52,454 nucleotides of DNA from Ramlibacter sp. (GTDB lineage: Bacteria; Pseudomonadota; Gammaproteobacteria; Burkholderiales; Burkholderiaceae_C): assembly GCA_028292105.1 (NCBI GenBank), contig JAQGMY010000102.1, positions 1-52,454 on the forward strand, given 5' to 3'. Of this stretch, positions 42,925 through 52,454 are shown piece by piece. Numbering within the stretch: position 1 is the stretch's first letter; every line of letters starts with the position of its first letter. The notes beneath the pieces are model-generated. The model worked only from the letters and a program-made list of their open reading frames with translations, did not search any database and had not been told where the DNA came from. The position numbers and the translations under genes are program-made.

Positions 42925-44108
42925 GCAGGAAGTGGAAGTGGTGGTTGGCAGCCCTGGTGCTGGTGCTGGTCGCCGCGGGCGCGTACCGCGTGATCAGCGG
43001 CCGGCGGGCGCAGCAGGTCGCCGGCGCCGAAGCCGCGGCACAACGGGCGCAGCCGGTGATCGAACTGGCTGCGGGCGACGTGGTCAAGGCCGAAGTGCGC
43101 GATTTGCAGCGCGGCTTGCCGGTGTCGGGCTCGCTCAAGGCGGTGCAGTCCGCTTTCGTCAAGGCACGCACTTCGGGCGAGCTGCAAGGGCTGACGCTGC
43201 GCGAAGGCGACACCGTCAAGACCGGCGAGATCGTGGCGCGCGTCGATGTCGAGGAAGGCCGCGCCCGCATGCGGCAGGCGCAGCAGCAGGCCGACGCGGC
43301 GCAGGCGCAGATCGACATCGCGCAACGCCAGTTCAACAACAACAAGGCGTTGGTGGAACAGGGCTTCATCTCGAAGTCCTCACTCGACACCTCGCTGAAC
43401 AACCTGGCCGCCGCACAGGCCACCCACAAAGCCGCCCTGGCCGCCGTGGACGTGACCCGCAAGGCGGTCGAGGACGCCGTGCTGCGGGCCCCGATCTCGG
43501 GCGTGGTGGCCCAGCGCCTGGCGCAGCCGGGCGAGCGCGTGGCCGTGGACGCCCGCGTGATCGAGATCGTCGACCTGTCCCGGCTGGAGCTGGAGGCGAG
43601 CCTCAGCGCCGCCGACTCGGTGGAAGTGCGCGTCGGCCAGGACGCGGTGCTGCGGGTGGAAGGCAGCAGCCGCGCCATCCCGGCGCGGGTCGCCCGCATC
43701 AATCCCAGCGCCCAGGCCGGCAGCCGCAGCGTTCTGGCTTACCTCGTGCTGGCCGACACCGCGGGATTGCGCCAGGGCCTGTTCGCGCAAGGGACGGTCG
43801 CCACCGCGCGTGCGTCCACGCTCGGCGTGCCGCTGTCGGCGGTGCGCACCGACAAGCCCTCGCCCTACGTGCAGGTGGTCGAGGACGGCAAGGTGGCGCA
43901 CAAGCCGGTGACCCTGGGCGTGCGCGGCGAAGCGGACAAGGAAAGCTGGGTCGCCGTCGAAGGCGTGCAGGCCGGCGCCGCCGTGCTGCGAGGCCACGTC
44001 GGGGCGCTGCGCGAGGGCACGCTGGTCAGGTTCACGGGGTCGCCGGGAGCGCCCCCACCCCAGCCCTCTCCCGCCCGCGGGAAAGGGAGCAAGGCCCCCA
44101 GCCCCTAG
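42921..44108 (+). CDS. RND efflux periplasmic adaptor (MFP)
   Basis: N-terminal TM, lipoyl motifs (REGD.VK.G; RAPISGVV), coiled coil. Confidence 0.92.
   Translation: MSRKWKWWLAALVLVLVAAGAYRVISGRRAQQVAGAEAAAQRAQPVIELAAGDVVKAEVRDLQRGLPVSGSLKAVQSAFVKARTSGELQGLTLREGDTVKTGEIVARVDVEEGRARMRQAQQQADAAQAQIDIAQRQFNNNKALVEQGFISKSSLDTSLNNLAAAQATHKAALAAVDVTRKAVEDAVLRAPISGVVAQRLAQPGERVAVDARVIEIVDLSRLELEASLSAADSVEVRVGQDAVLRVEGSSRAIPARVARINPSAQAGSRSVLAYLVLADTAGLRQGLFAQGTVATARASTLGVPLSAVRTDKPSPYVQVVEDGKVAHKPVTLGVRGEADKESWVAVEGVQAGAAVLRGHVGALREGTLVRFTGSPGAPPPQPSPARGKGSKAPSP
44052..44089 (+). repeat. CCCTCTCCC...GGGAAAGGG palindromic element within the MFP 3' end
   Basis: CCCCCACCCCAGCCCTCTCCCGCCCGCGGGAAAGGGAG; hairpin; atypical codons. 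Confidence 0.6.
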
Positions 44109-44112
44109 CGCC

Positions 44113-47100
44113 ATGTGGTTCACCCGCGTCAGCCTGAAGAACCCGGTGTTCGCCACCATGGTGATGGTCGCCATCGTGGTGCTGGGCCTGTTCGCCTACC
44201 AGCGGCTGAACATCGACCAGTTCCCGAACATCGACCTGCCGATCGTCGTCGTCACGGCCGAATACCCGGGCGCTTCGCCGGAGGTGGTGGAGAGCGAGGT
44301 CAGCAAGAAGATCGAGGAAGCCCTCAACTCGATCGCCGGCATCAACGCCCTGACCTCGCGCAGCTACGAAGGCCAGTCGGTGGTGATCCTGGAGTTCCAG
44401 TTGCACATCGACGGGCGCAAGGCGGCCGAGGACGTGCGCGAGAAGATCGCCGCCGTGCGCCCGACGCTGCGCACCGAGGTCAAGGAGCCGCGCGTGCTGC
44501 GCTTCGACCCGTCCAGCCGGCCGATCTGGTCGGTGGCCGTGCTGCCGGAGGCCGGCAAGGGCGTGCGCCCGCTGTCCGCCGTCGAACTGACCAACTGGGC
44601 CGACCAGGTGCTGAAGAAGCGCCTGGAGAACGTGCGCGGCGTCGGCTCCGTCAGCCTGGTGGGCGGCACCAAGCGCGAGATCAACGTCTACCTGCAGCCG
44701 GCGGCCATGGAGGCGATGGGCATCACCGCCGACCAGGTGGCCAACGCCCTGCGCAACGAGAACCAGGACCTGCCCGTCGGCGCGATCCGCTCGCCGTCCC
44801 AGGAGCGCGTGGTGCAGATCGACGCCCGGATGGCGCGGCCGGAAGACTTCGGCAAGATCATCGTCGCCCGCAAGGGCGGCTCGCCGGTGCGGGTCGACCA
44901 GGTCGCCCGCGTGGCCGACGGCGGCCAGGAAGCGGAAACCCTGGCGCTCTACAACGGCCAGCGCACGCTGGTGCTGCAGGTGCAGAAGGCGCAGGACGAG
45001 AACACCATCGTGGTCACCGACGGCCTGAAGGCGGCGGTCGCCGAGATGCAGGCGCAGATGCCGCCGGGCCTGAAGCTCGAGCCGGTCGCCGACTCTTCGC
45101 GGCCGATCCGGGTGGCAGTGGAAAACGTCCGCAAGACGCTGATCGAGGGCGCCTTCCTCACGGTGCTGATCGTGTTCCTGTTCCTGAACTCGTGGCGCTC
45201 CACCGTCATCACCGGGCTGACCCTGCCGATCTCGCTGATCGGCACCTTCCTGTTCATGTACGCCTTCGGCTTCTCGATCAACATGGTCACGTTGATGGCG
45301 CTGTCGCTGTGCGTCGGCCTGCTGATCGACGACGCGATCGTGGTGCGCGAGAACATCGTGCGCCACGTGCAGATGGGCAAAACGCCCTACCAGGCGGCCC
45401 TCGACGGCACGCAGGAGATCGGCCTGGCGGTGCTGGCCACCACCTTCTCGATCGTGGCGGTGTTCCTGCCGATCGGCTTCATGGGCGGCATCATCGGCAA
45501 GTTCTTCCATGAGTTCGGCGTGACCATCGTCGCGGCGGTGCTGATCTCGATGTTCGTCAGCTTCACCCTCGACCCGATGCTGTCGTCCATCTGGCACGAC
45601 CCGGAGATCGAGGCCCATGGCAAGCCCAGGCAGCACCTGAACTGGTACGACAAAACCATCGGTCGCGTCACCGGCTGGTTCGACCGCGCGACCGAGTCGC
45701 TGGCGGCCAGCTACCAGACCATCCTGCGCTGGTCGCTGGGCCACAAGCTCGCCACCGTTCTGGGTTCGGTGGCGATCTTCGTCACCAGCGTCTTCATGGT
45801 GCCGCTGCTGGGCACCGAGTTCGTGCCCAAGGCCGACTTTTCCGAAACCAGCATCAGCTTCTACACGCCGGTGGGTTCCTCGCTGGAGCTGACCGAGGCC
45901 AAGGCCAGGCAGGTCGAGGCGATCGTGCGCGAGTTCCCGGAGGTGCGCTACACGCTCGCCACCATCAACACCGGCAACGCGGTGGGCAAGATCTACGCTT
46001 CGGTCTACGTGCGCATGGTCGACCGCAAGGACCGCCAGCGCAGCGTCGACGAGATGGCCTCGGTGCTGCGCCAGCGCCTGCAACAGGTGCCCGGCATCAC
46101 CGTCACGCACGTGGGCCTGCTGGATTCGGTCGGCGGCAACAAGCAGGTCGAGTTCTCCCTGCAGGGCCCCGACCTGCGCGAACTCGATCGGCTGGCGCGG
46201 CTGGTGATGGAGCGGGTGCGGCCTATTCCCGGCCTGGTCGACCTCGACTCCAGCGTCAAGCCCGACAAGCCGACCATCGAAGTGGACGTCCACCGTGACG
46301 CGGCTTCCGACCTCGGACTGTCCGTGGCCCAGATCGCCGGCTCGCTGCGCACGCTGGTCGCGGGCCAGACCGTGGGCAACTGGCGCGCCCCCGACGACCA
46401 GACCTACGACGTCAACGTGCGGCTGGCGCCGGACGCCCGCACCACCCCTGCCGACCTGGAGCGCCTGCCCTTCGCCACCGGCACCAACGCCGACGGCAGC
46501 TCGCGCATCGTGCGCCTGAACCAGGTGGCCAGCGTGCGCGAGGGGACCGGGCCGAACCAGATCAACCGGCGCGACCTGACGCGCGAGGTGGCGATCAACG
46601 CCAATGCCGCCGGCCGCGCCGCCGGCGATGTCTCCGCCGACATCCGGAACCAGCTGGACACGATCCAGTTCCCGCCCGGCTACCGCTACCAGTTCGGCGG
46701 CTCGACCAAGAACATGAAGGAGTCGTTCGGCTACGCGGTCTCCGCCCTGGGCATGGGGATCATCTTCATCTACATGATCCTGGCCAGCCAGTTCAGGAGC
46801 TTCCTGCAGCCGATGGCGCTGATGACGGCGCTGCCGCTCACGCTGATCGGCGTGGTGCTGGCGCTGCTGATGTTCGGCTCCACCCTGTCCATCTTCTCCG
46901 TGATCGGCATCGTCATGCTGATGGGGCTGGTGACCAAGAACGCCATCCTGCTGGTGGATTTCGCCATCCGCATGCGCGAGCAAGGCATGCCGCGCAGCGA
47001 GGCGCTGCTGCACGCCGCGCGGGTGCGGCTGCGGCCCATCCTGATGACGACGCTGGCCATGATCTTCGGCATGGTGCCGCTGGCGTTCGCCCTCAGCGAG

Positions 47101-47301
47101 GGTTCCGAGCAGCGCGCCCCGATGGGCCAGGCGGTGATCGGAGGGGTGATCACCTCGTCGCTTCTGACCCTGGTGGTGGTGCCGGTGGTCTACTGCTATC
47201 TCGACGACCTGGCGCAGTGGCTGCGCCGCCGTCGCCGGCCGCATTCGGCCGGAGCCGGCGCCGCCGCCGTGCCCGCTTCTAAAATGGACGGTTTGTCCTG
47301 A
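44113..47301 (+). CDS. RND efflux permease (AcrB/AcrD/AcrF family)
   Basis: [39 protein letters not shown]. Confidence 0.96.
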   Translation: MWFTRVSLKNPVFATMVMVAIVVLGLFAYQRLNIDQFPNIDLPIVVVTAEYPGASPEVVESEVSKKIEEALNSIAGINALTSRSYEGQSVVILEFQLHIDGRKAAEDVREKIAAVRPTLRTEVKEPRVLRFDPSSRPIWSVAVLPEAGKGVRPLSAVELTNWADQVLKKRLENVRGVGSVSLVGGTKREINVYLQPAAMEAMGITADQVANALRNENQDLPVGAIRSPSQERVVQIDARMARPEDFGKIIVARKGGSPVRVDQVARVADGGQEAETLALYNGQRTLVLQVQKAQDENTIVVTDGLKAAVAEMQAQMPPGLKLEPVADSSRPIRVAVENVRKTLIEGAFLTVLIVFLFLNSWRSTVITGLTLPISLIGTFLFMYAFGFSINMVTLMALSLCVGLLIDDAIVVRENIVRHVQMGKTPYQAALDGTQEIGLAVLATTFSIVAVFLPIGFMGGIIGKFFHEFGVTIVAAVLISMFVSFTLDPMLSSIWHDPEIEAHGKPRQHLNWYDKTIGRVTGWFDRATESLAASYQTILRWSLGHKLATVLGSVAIFVTSVFMVPLLGTEFVPKADFSETSISFYTPVGSSLELTEAKARQVEAIVREFPEVRYTLATINTGNAVGKIYASVYVRMVDRKDRQRSVDEMASVLRQRLQQVPGITVTHVGLLDSVGGNKQVEFSLQGPDLRELDRLARLVMERVRPIPGLVDLDSSVKPDKPTIEVDVHRDAASDLGLSVAQIAGSLRTLVAGQTVGNWRAPDDQTYDVNVRLAPDARTTPADLERLPFATGTNADGSSRIVRLNQVASVREGTGPNQINRRDLTREVAINANAAGRAAGDVSADIRNQLDTIQFPPGYRYQFGGSTKNMKESFGYAVSALGMGIIFIYMILASQFRSFLQPMALMTALPLTLIGVVLALLMFGSTLSIFSVIGIVMLMGLVTKNAILLVDFAIRMREQGMPRSEALLHAARVRLRPILMTTLAMIFGMVPLAFALSEGSEQRAPMGQAVIGGVITSSLLTLVVVPVVYCYLDDLAQWLRRRRRPHSAGAGAAAVPASKMDGLS

Positions 47302-47318
47302 CGCCCAGAGAAAAGAAC

Positions 47319-48008
47319 ATGAACGCCCCGATCGACATCGAACGCGCCCGCTTCAACATGATCGAGCAGCAGATCCGCCCCTGGGACGTGCTGGACAACG
47401 AGATCCTCGCCGTGCTGCACCAGGTCAGGCGCGAGGACTTCGTGCCGCTCGCGCACAAGTCCCTGGCCTTTGCCGACCTGCAACTGCCGCTGCTGGGCGA
47501 CAGCGAAGACAACGTGCGCAAGGGCTGGTGCATGCTGGAGCCCAAGCAGGAAGCCCGCCTGCTGCAGGACGCCGCGGTGCGGCCGCACGAAAAGGTGCTG
47601 GAAGTCGGCGCCGGCTCCGGCTACATGGCGGCGCTGCTGGCCAGCCGGGCGCAGCGCGTCATCAGCCTGGAGATCGAGCCGCGGCTGGTGCGGATGGCCC
47701 GCGAAAACCTGCAGAAGGCAGGCATCCTCAATGCCGAAGTGCGCGAAGCCGACGGCGCCAGGGGGCTGGCCGCCGAAGGCCCGTTCGACGTGATCATGCT
47801 CAGCGGCTCCGTCATCGAGGTGCCGCAGGTGCTGCTCGCGCAGCTGAAGGTCGGGGGCCGCCTGGCCGCCATCGTCGGCGACGAGCCGGTGATGCGCGCC
47901 ACCTTCATCACCCGCACCGGCGAAGCCTCGTACACCACCTCGCAGCCGTGGGACACCCTGGCGCCGCGGCTGGCACACTTCCCCGAGCCTTCCCGCTTCC
48001 ACTTCTGA
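47319..48008 (+). CDS. pcm: Protein-L-isoaspartate O-methyltransferase family protein
   Basis: ARFNMIEQQIRPWDV, VLEVGAGSGY, QLKVGGRL. Confidence 0.88.
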   Translation: MNAPIDIERARFNMIEQQIRPWDVLDNEILAVLHQVRREDFVPLAHKSLAFADLQLPLLGDSEDNVRKGWCMLEPKQEARLLQDAAVRPHEKVLEVGAGSGYMAALLASRAQRVISLEIEPRLVRMARENLQKAGILNAEVREADGARGLAAEGPFDVIMLSGSVIEVPQVLLAQLKVGGRLAAIVGDEPVMRATFITRTGEASYTTSQPWDTLAPRLAHFPEPSRFHF

Positions 48009-48018
48009 ACGCCGCTCC

Positions 48019-48354
48019 ATGATCCCGCAGGTCCGCCCTTCCGAATTCGACGACTGGCTGCAGTCCCAGCCGCAGCCGCCGCTGCTGCTGGACGTGCGCG
48101 AACCCTGGGAGGTGCAGACCGCCGCCGTCGTCCCGCAGGGCTTCGAGGTGGTGGCGATCCCGATGAACCAGGTCCCGGCGCGGCTGGCCGAACTGCCGCG
48201 GGACCGGCCCATCGCCTGCCTGTGCCACCATGGCGCCCGCAGCCAGCGGGTCGCGATGTTCCTGGAGCAACAGGGCTACCAGGACGTGGCGAACATCACG
48301 GGCGGCATCGAGCTCTGGTCGCGCGAACGCGATCCGGCGGTGCCGCGCTACTGA
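48019..48354 (+). CDS. Rhodanese-like domain protein
   Basis: LLDVREPWE, CHHGARS, GGI..W. Confidence 0.92.
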   Translation: MIPQVRPSEFDDWLQSQPQPPLLLDVREPWEVQTAAVVPQGFEVVAIPMNQVPARLAELPRDRPIACLCHHGARSQRVAMFLEQQGYQDVANITGGIELWSRERDPAVPRY

Positions 48355-48403
48355 CGGCGACGACGCCGACGACAAGAAAAGCAAGACCCACAAGGACGGA
48401 TCC

Positions 48404-49720
48404 ATGAACGTGTTGCGGCTTCTCCCCCTGACTGCGGCGATCGGCCTGGCCCTGGCGGGACCGGCGCGCGCCGACAGCCTGCTGCAGATGTACGAGGCAG
48501 CGCGGGCGTACGACGCGACGTGGCAGTCCGCCAAGTCCCAATACGACGCCAACGTCGCGCGGGCCGACCAGGCGCGGGCCGGCCTGCTGCCGCAGGCGGC
48601 ACTGTCCGCGGGCGTCAGCCGCAGCATCATCGATGTCGACAACCCGCCGCAGGACCGCGCTTACGGCACCCAGCAGGCAACGATCAGCGCGTCGCAGCCG
48701 CTGTACCGGCCGGCCAACCTGGCGACCTACCGGCAGGGCCTGCGGCAGGCCGAGCTCGCCGGCTTCCAGCTCACCGCCGCCAGCCAGGACCTGATCATCC
48801 GCGTCAGCCAGGCCTATTTCGACGTGCTGGCGGCCCAGGACACGCTGGCCTTCGTGCGTGCGCAGAAGCAGGCGACCTCCGAGCAGCTGGCTTCGGCCAA
48901 GCGGAACTTCGAGGTCGGCACCTCCACCATCACCGACACCCGGGAAGCGCAGGCGCGCTATGACCTCGTGATGGCGCAGGAGATCGCCGCCGAGAACGAC
49001 CTGCGCGTCAAGCGGCTGGCGCTCGACACGCTGGTGGGCAGCAACAACTCGCAGCCGGCGCCGCTGGGCAACATCGACACCGTTCCGGCACCGCAGCCGG
49101 CCAATCCGGAGGCCTGGGTGGCCGCCGCCGAGACCAGCCCGGCCATCCTGCAGGCGCGCAGCGCCGTCGACATCGCCGAACTGGAGACGGAAAAGGCGCG
49201 GGCCGGCCACAAGCCCACGCTGGACCTGACCACCAGCTACGGCATCACGCGCAACTCCGGCAGTGCCACGGCCGCCCTGGAGAACCGCCCGAGAATCGGC
49301 TCCGCCGGCCTGGCCTTCAACCTGCCGCTGTTCTCCGGCTTCGCCACCCAGAACCGCATCCGCGAGACGCTGGCGCTCGAGGACAAGGCCCGCTCCGACC
49401 TCGAAGCAACGCGGCGCCAGGTGGCGCAGGCGGTGCGCACCGCCTACTTCGGCGTGGTCTCGGGGCAGAACCAGGTCAAGGCGCTGGAATCGGCGGAAGC
49501 CTCCAGCCAGAGCGCGCTGGACGCCAACCGACTGGGCTACCAGGTCGGCGTGCGCATCAACATCGACGTGCTGAACGCGCAAAGCCAGTTGTTCCAGACC
49601 AAGCGCGATCTCTCGCAGGCGCGCTACAACGTGCTGCTCGGCCACCTGAAGCTGCGGCAGGCCAACGGCACGCTGCAGCCGGAAGACCTGGCGCGTTTGA
49701 ACCTGCTGCTGGCGCCCTGA
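48404..49720 (+). CDS. tolC: TolC family outer membrane channel
   Basis: Signal peptide, AYFDVL, FEVG, GYQVGVRINIDVLNAQ. Confidence 0.93.
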   Translation: MNVLRLLPLTAAIGLALAGPARADSLLQMYEAARAYDATWQSAKSQYDANVARADQARAGLLPQAALSAGVSRSIIDVDNPPQDRAYGTQQATISASQPLYRPANLATYRQGLRQAELAGFQLTAASQDLIIRVSQAYFDVLAAQDTLAFVRAQKQATSEQLASAKRNFEVGTSTITDTREAQARYDLVMAQEIAAENDLRVKRLALDTLVGSNNSQPAPLGNIDTVPAPQPANPEAWVAAAETSPAILQARSAVDIAELETEKARAGHKPTLDLTTSYGITRNSGSATAALENRPRIGSAGLAFNLPLFSGFATQNRIRETLALEDKARSDLEATRRQVAQAVRTAYFGVVSGQNQVKALESAEASSQSALDANRLGYQVGVRINIDVLNAQSQLFQTKRDLSQARYNVLLGHLKLRQANGTLQPEDLARLNLLLAP

Positions 49721-49726
49721 GTTCAC

Positions 49727-49752
49727 AGGGTGTGCAAGCTTGCTTGCGCACC
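49727..49752 (+). repeat. Single REP with eroded GTAG end
   Basis: AGGGTGTGCAAGCTTGCTTGCGCACC just after the tolC stop. Confidence 0.82.
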
Positions 49753-49770
49753 CGCGGTGTTAGGATGCGC

Positions 49771-49896
49771 GCAGGTGCCGAGGGGCGCCTGCCCGCCAAA
49801 GAGGCCCTCACCCTCACGACGCTGATCATCCAAGCGACAGCAAGCCCAATCGTCTGACCTTAGCGGGAAAGGTCGACAACGATTCGGAGCCTTGTC
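49771..49896 (+). ncRNA. Candidate structured cis-regulatory RNA with pseudoknot, unassigned family
   Basis: Extended -10 TGTTAGGAT (49758-49766); hairpin 49771-49792; hairpin GACCTT/AAGGTC whose loop GCGGG is complementary to CCCGC at 49792-49796; AATCGT/ACGATT stem; outer pairing covers the GGAG RBS. Confidence 0.55.
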
Positions 49897-50481
49897 ATGT
49901 CCCTTGCCCCTTCCTCCCCCCTTTCCGTGGTCACCGGCGCCGGTTCCGGCAGCGCGGTGAACGCCTGCATCGGGGAACTGAAGATCCGTGCCCGCCTCGG
50001 GCTCAAGGCGCTGCGCAGCGGCGACCGCAGCCTGCTGGAACGCGCGGCCAAGGTCAGCGGCCGCAAGCCGCCCGAGCCCGCCGAGTGGAAGCTGCGCCAC
50101 GTGCTGGCGCTGGCCGCGCAGTCCGTCGGCTTCCAGCATTGGGACCATGCGCGCCAGGTGCTGGCGGGCGAGGCCAACGCCGGTGACGACATGGGCAAGT
50201 TCTGGCACGGGCCAGGCTGCGAAAGCCTGCTGAACCACTGGTTCGCTTCCTATGCGGACGCGGCGGCGATGCAGCAGGGCAAGCCGCGCACCACCGTGCT
50301 CACGTACGCAAGGCAGTTCGTCGTGGTGGACGCGCCCTACCTGCAAGCGATCGGCATCACGCAGCGCATCGAAGACGCGGCGACGCAGGGTTTCGATGCG
50401 GTGCGGGAATACGGCTCGGCGCGCTGGCTTGTGTGGTGCGACGCGCGAATGCGGGCGCCGGTTTCGACCTGGGTGCGCTAG
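49897..50481 (+). CDS. Hypothetical protein with ELK..A..L.K / LA...GF..W helical motif
   Basis: 194-aa ORF with GGAG RBS and genome-typical codons; motifs LALAAQSVGFQHWDH, LNHWFASY, QFVVV. Confidence 0.8.
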   Translation: MSLAPSSPLSVVTGAGSGSAVNACIGELKIRARLGLKALRSGDRSLLERAAKVSGRKPPEPAEWKLRHVLALAAQSVGFQHWDHARQVLAGEANAGDDMGKFWHGPGCESLLNHWFASYADAAAMQQGKPRTTVLTYARQFVVVDAPYLQAIGITQRIEDAATQGFDAVREYGSARWLVWCDARMRAPVSTWVR

Positions 50482-50485
50482 GAGT

Positions 50486-50533
50486 CATGGGTCCCGGGTC
50501 AAGGTTGTCATCCCGGGCTCGACCCGGGATCCA
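50486..50533. repeat. GTCATCCCGGGCTCGACCCGGGATCCA palindromic repeat plus truncated inverted partner
   Basis: Full copy 50507-50533; partial CATGGGTCCCGGGTCAAG 50486-50503. Confidence 0.8.
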
Positions 50534-51776
50534 TGCACCCTGGCAGCTTCAGCACCGCCTGCGCCGTCTTCTCGGCAGCCCCGCGGTGCGCGCCGGTGAA
50601 GCGCACCCCCGCCTCCACCGCAGCATCCCGCGCAGTCGCATCGCGCACCAGCGCCACGGCCTCGCGCACGCCCTCTTGCATCGAAGCGACACGCCGCGCC
50701 GCGCCGGCTCCTTGCGCCAGTTCGGCCGCGTCGCTGAAGTTGAAGGTGTGCGGCCCCATCACCACCGGGCAGCCGCACGCCGCGGCCTCGATCAGGTTCT
50801 GCCCACCCAGCGGCGCGAAGCTGCCACCGAGCAGGGCCGCATCCGCCAGGCCGTAGTACAGCGCCATCTCGCCCAGCGAGTCGCCGAGCCACACCTGCGC
50901 CGGCGCCGTGCGGTCGGTCCACGTGCTGCGGCGCCCGACGCTGAAACCCGCCTGCGCCACCAGGCCAGCGACTTCATCGAACCGTTGCGGATGCCGCGGC
51001 ACCAGCAGCCACTGCACGCCCTGGTGCCCCGCGATCGCCTGCAGGAATTGCGCCTCCTCGCCTTCGCGCGAACTGGCGAACATCACCACCGGCTGCGGCG
51101 ACGACGCCCGCCAGGCGCGGCCCTGCTGCAGCTGGACGGGGTCCGGATGGGCGTCGAACTTGAGGTTGCCGAACACGCCCTGCACCGCCGCCCCGGCTGC
51201 GGCCAGTCGGCGCGCATCGTTTTCGGTCTGTGCCCAGACCGCTCGGAGTGCCGCATAGGCCGGCCGCGACAACGAGGCCAGGCGGCGCGCCTTCACCAGC
51301 GACTTTTGCGACAAGCGCGCATTCGCCAGCGCCAGCGGGATGCCACGCTCATGACAGGCCGCCGTCATGTTGGGCCAGACCTCCGTCTCCATCAACACGC
51401 CGGCGCCTGGCTGGAAGTGATCGAGGAAACCACGGACGGCGGCCGGCGTGTCCCAGGGCAGCCAGGCTTGCGCATCGCCCTCGCGCAGCAGTCGCTTGCC
51501 TTCGGCACGCCCCGTGGCCGTGCCGTGCGTCAGCAGGATACGCAGGCCCGGTCGTGCGCGCCGCAACGCCTCCAGCAGGATGGCGGCGGCGCGGGTTTCG
51601 CCCAGCGACACGGCGTGGATCCAGAGCCGGCCCGGCTCGGTGGTGCCCTGGTAGCGGCCGAAGCGCTCCTCCACGTGTTCCAGGTAGCCGGGCTCCGCCA
51701 CTGCGCGACGCCGCAGCTTGCGCCGCAGCAGCGGCTGCGCGGCGATGACCAGCAGGGAGTAGAGGCGCCGGATCAT
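50508..51776 (-). CDS. waaA: 3-deoxy-D-manno-octulosonic acid transferase
   Basis: ERFG, WIHAVSLGET, LPWD, ETEVWPN, GNLKFD, VPRHPQRF, GGQNLIEAA, GPHTFNF. Confidence 0.96.
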   Translation of the reverse strand: MIRRLYSLLVIAAQPLLRRKLRRRAVAEPGYLEHVEERFGRYQGTTEPGRLWIHAVSLGETRAAAILLEALRRARPGLRILLTHGTATGRAEGKRLLREGDAQAWLPWDTPAAVRGFLDHFQPGAGVLMETEVWPNMTAACHERGIPLALANARLSQKSLVKARRLASLSRPAYAALRAVWAQTENDARRLAAAGAAVQGVFGNLKFDAHPDPVQLQQGRAWRASSPQPVVMFASSREGEEAQFLQAIAGHQGVQWLLVPRHPQRFDEVAGLVAQAGFSVGRRSTWTDRTAPAQVWLGDSLGEMALYYGLADAALLGGSFAPLGGQNLIEAAACGCPVVMGPHTFNFSDAAELAQGAGAARRVASMQEGVREAVALVRDATARDAAVEAGVRFTGAHRGAAEKTAQAVLKLPGCMDPGSSPG

Positions 51777-52454
51777 CCCGGCATTGTGACGGCCAGCCAG
51801 GCCTCCCACACGGCGTCCACCGACGGCGCCGGCGACGCGTACACGCTGCGTTGGTGTGGCGAGCCGATCGGCCCCGTGCGCCAGGCCGTGTCGAAGTTGT
51901 AGACCTGCACGTGCGGCAGGTCCAGCGCCACGGCGATGTGGCTCAGCCCGCTGTCGACGCCAATCGCGCCGGCGCACCGCGCCATCCGTTCGGTGAGTGC
52001 ATCGAGCGACAGGCGCGGCCAGACCTGGGCATGCGGGCCGAGGTGGGCGGCCAGGCGCTCGCTGCGTGCACGCTCCGGGTCATTGCCATGCGGCAGGCCG
52101 ATCGCCTGGCCGGCGGCGATCAGGCGGCGGCCCAGTTCGACCCAGCGTTCTTCGGGCCAGCACTTGTCCTCGCGCGAGGTGCCGTGCACCAGCACCACGG
52201 TGGCATCGCGCGCGGCGCCGCCACCGGCGAGCCCGTAGCGCGGGGCTCCTTCGACGGAATACCCCAGGGCCGTGGCGCAGACGGCGCGGGCGCGCTGCAC
52301 TGCATGCGATCGGGGCTCCACCGGAATCGCGACATCCGCGACCCAGCGGGTCGGCGCCTCGTAGCTGGAGCCGTCGCTGCGATTCGCCATCGCAAAGCGC
52401 TTGCCGCCGGGCGCGAGCCGGGCCATGTGCGCCACCAGCGCCGACTTGGTCAGC
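51773..52454 (-). CDS. waaC: Lipopolysaccharide heptosyltransferase I (5' part outside window)
   Basis: HAVQR.R, HGTSREDK.WP, GVDSGLSHIAVAL GT9 motifs; adjacent to waaA. Confidence 0.88.
   Translation of the reverse strand, partial: LTKSALVAHMARLAPGGKRFAMANRSDGSSYEAPTRWVADVAIPVEPRSHAVQRARAVCATALGYSVEGAPRYGLAGGGAARDATVVLVHGTSREDKCWPEERWVELGRRLIAAGQAIGLPHGNDPERARSERLAAHLGPHAQVWPRLSLDALTERMARCAGAIGVDSGLSHIAVALDLPHVQVYNFDTAWRTGPIGSPHQRSVYASPAPSVDAVWEAWLAVTMPG

Noticed and set aside
49777-49792. SAH riboswitch (GCCGAGGGGCGC..GC resembles its 5' consensus)
   Set aside because: The CCAGGCTCGG and AACG.CGCTC partner strands are missing and the downstream gene is not in SAH recycling

Overview
GC-rich core-chromosome segment of a betaproteobacterium; gene content and order suggest Comamonadaceae (inference, not a database result). 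It holds about 45 genes: DOPA-dioxygenase-like/GDPD, S58 peptidase-TAXI, an SLT-like protein, GntR, a small GIY-YIG-like protein, ettA flanked by two DUF1631 paralogs, rhlE, a sugar/sugar-acid catabolic cluster (ABC transporter, IlvD/Edd dehydratase, dgoK, dgoA, SDR, FadR-type regulator), two tandem RHH regulators, MarR-MFS, tamAB, gloA, edd-eda, chaC, pdxH, msrA, TetR-RND-pcm-rhodanese-tolC and waaA/waaC. I saw no rRNA, tRNA, CRISPR array, transposase or prophage. The best novelty candidate is a ~125-nt structured, probably pseudoknotted, RBS-occluding leader RNA (49771-49896) fused to an uncharacterised helical protein and inserted between tolC and waaA. Other notable items: an 86-nt gene overlap in which the RhlE Gly-rich tail also encodes the next gene's Rossmann motif; a tandem REP array whose spacers look like a captured 3' end of a Bug/TctC gene; at least six palindromic repeat families, two translated into protein C-termini; and many apparently leaderless genes. 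All family calls come from motif recognition by eye.
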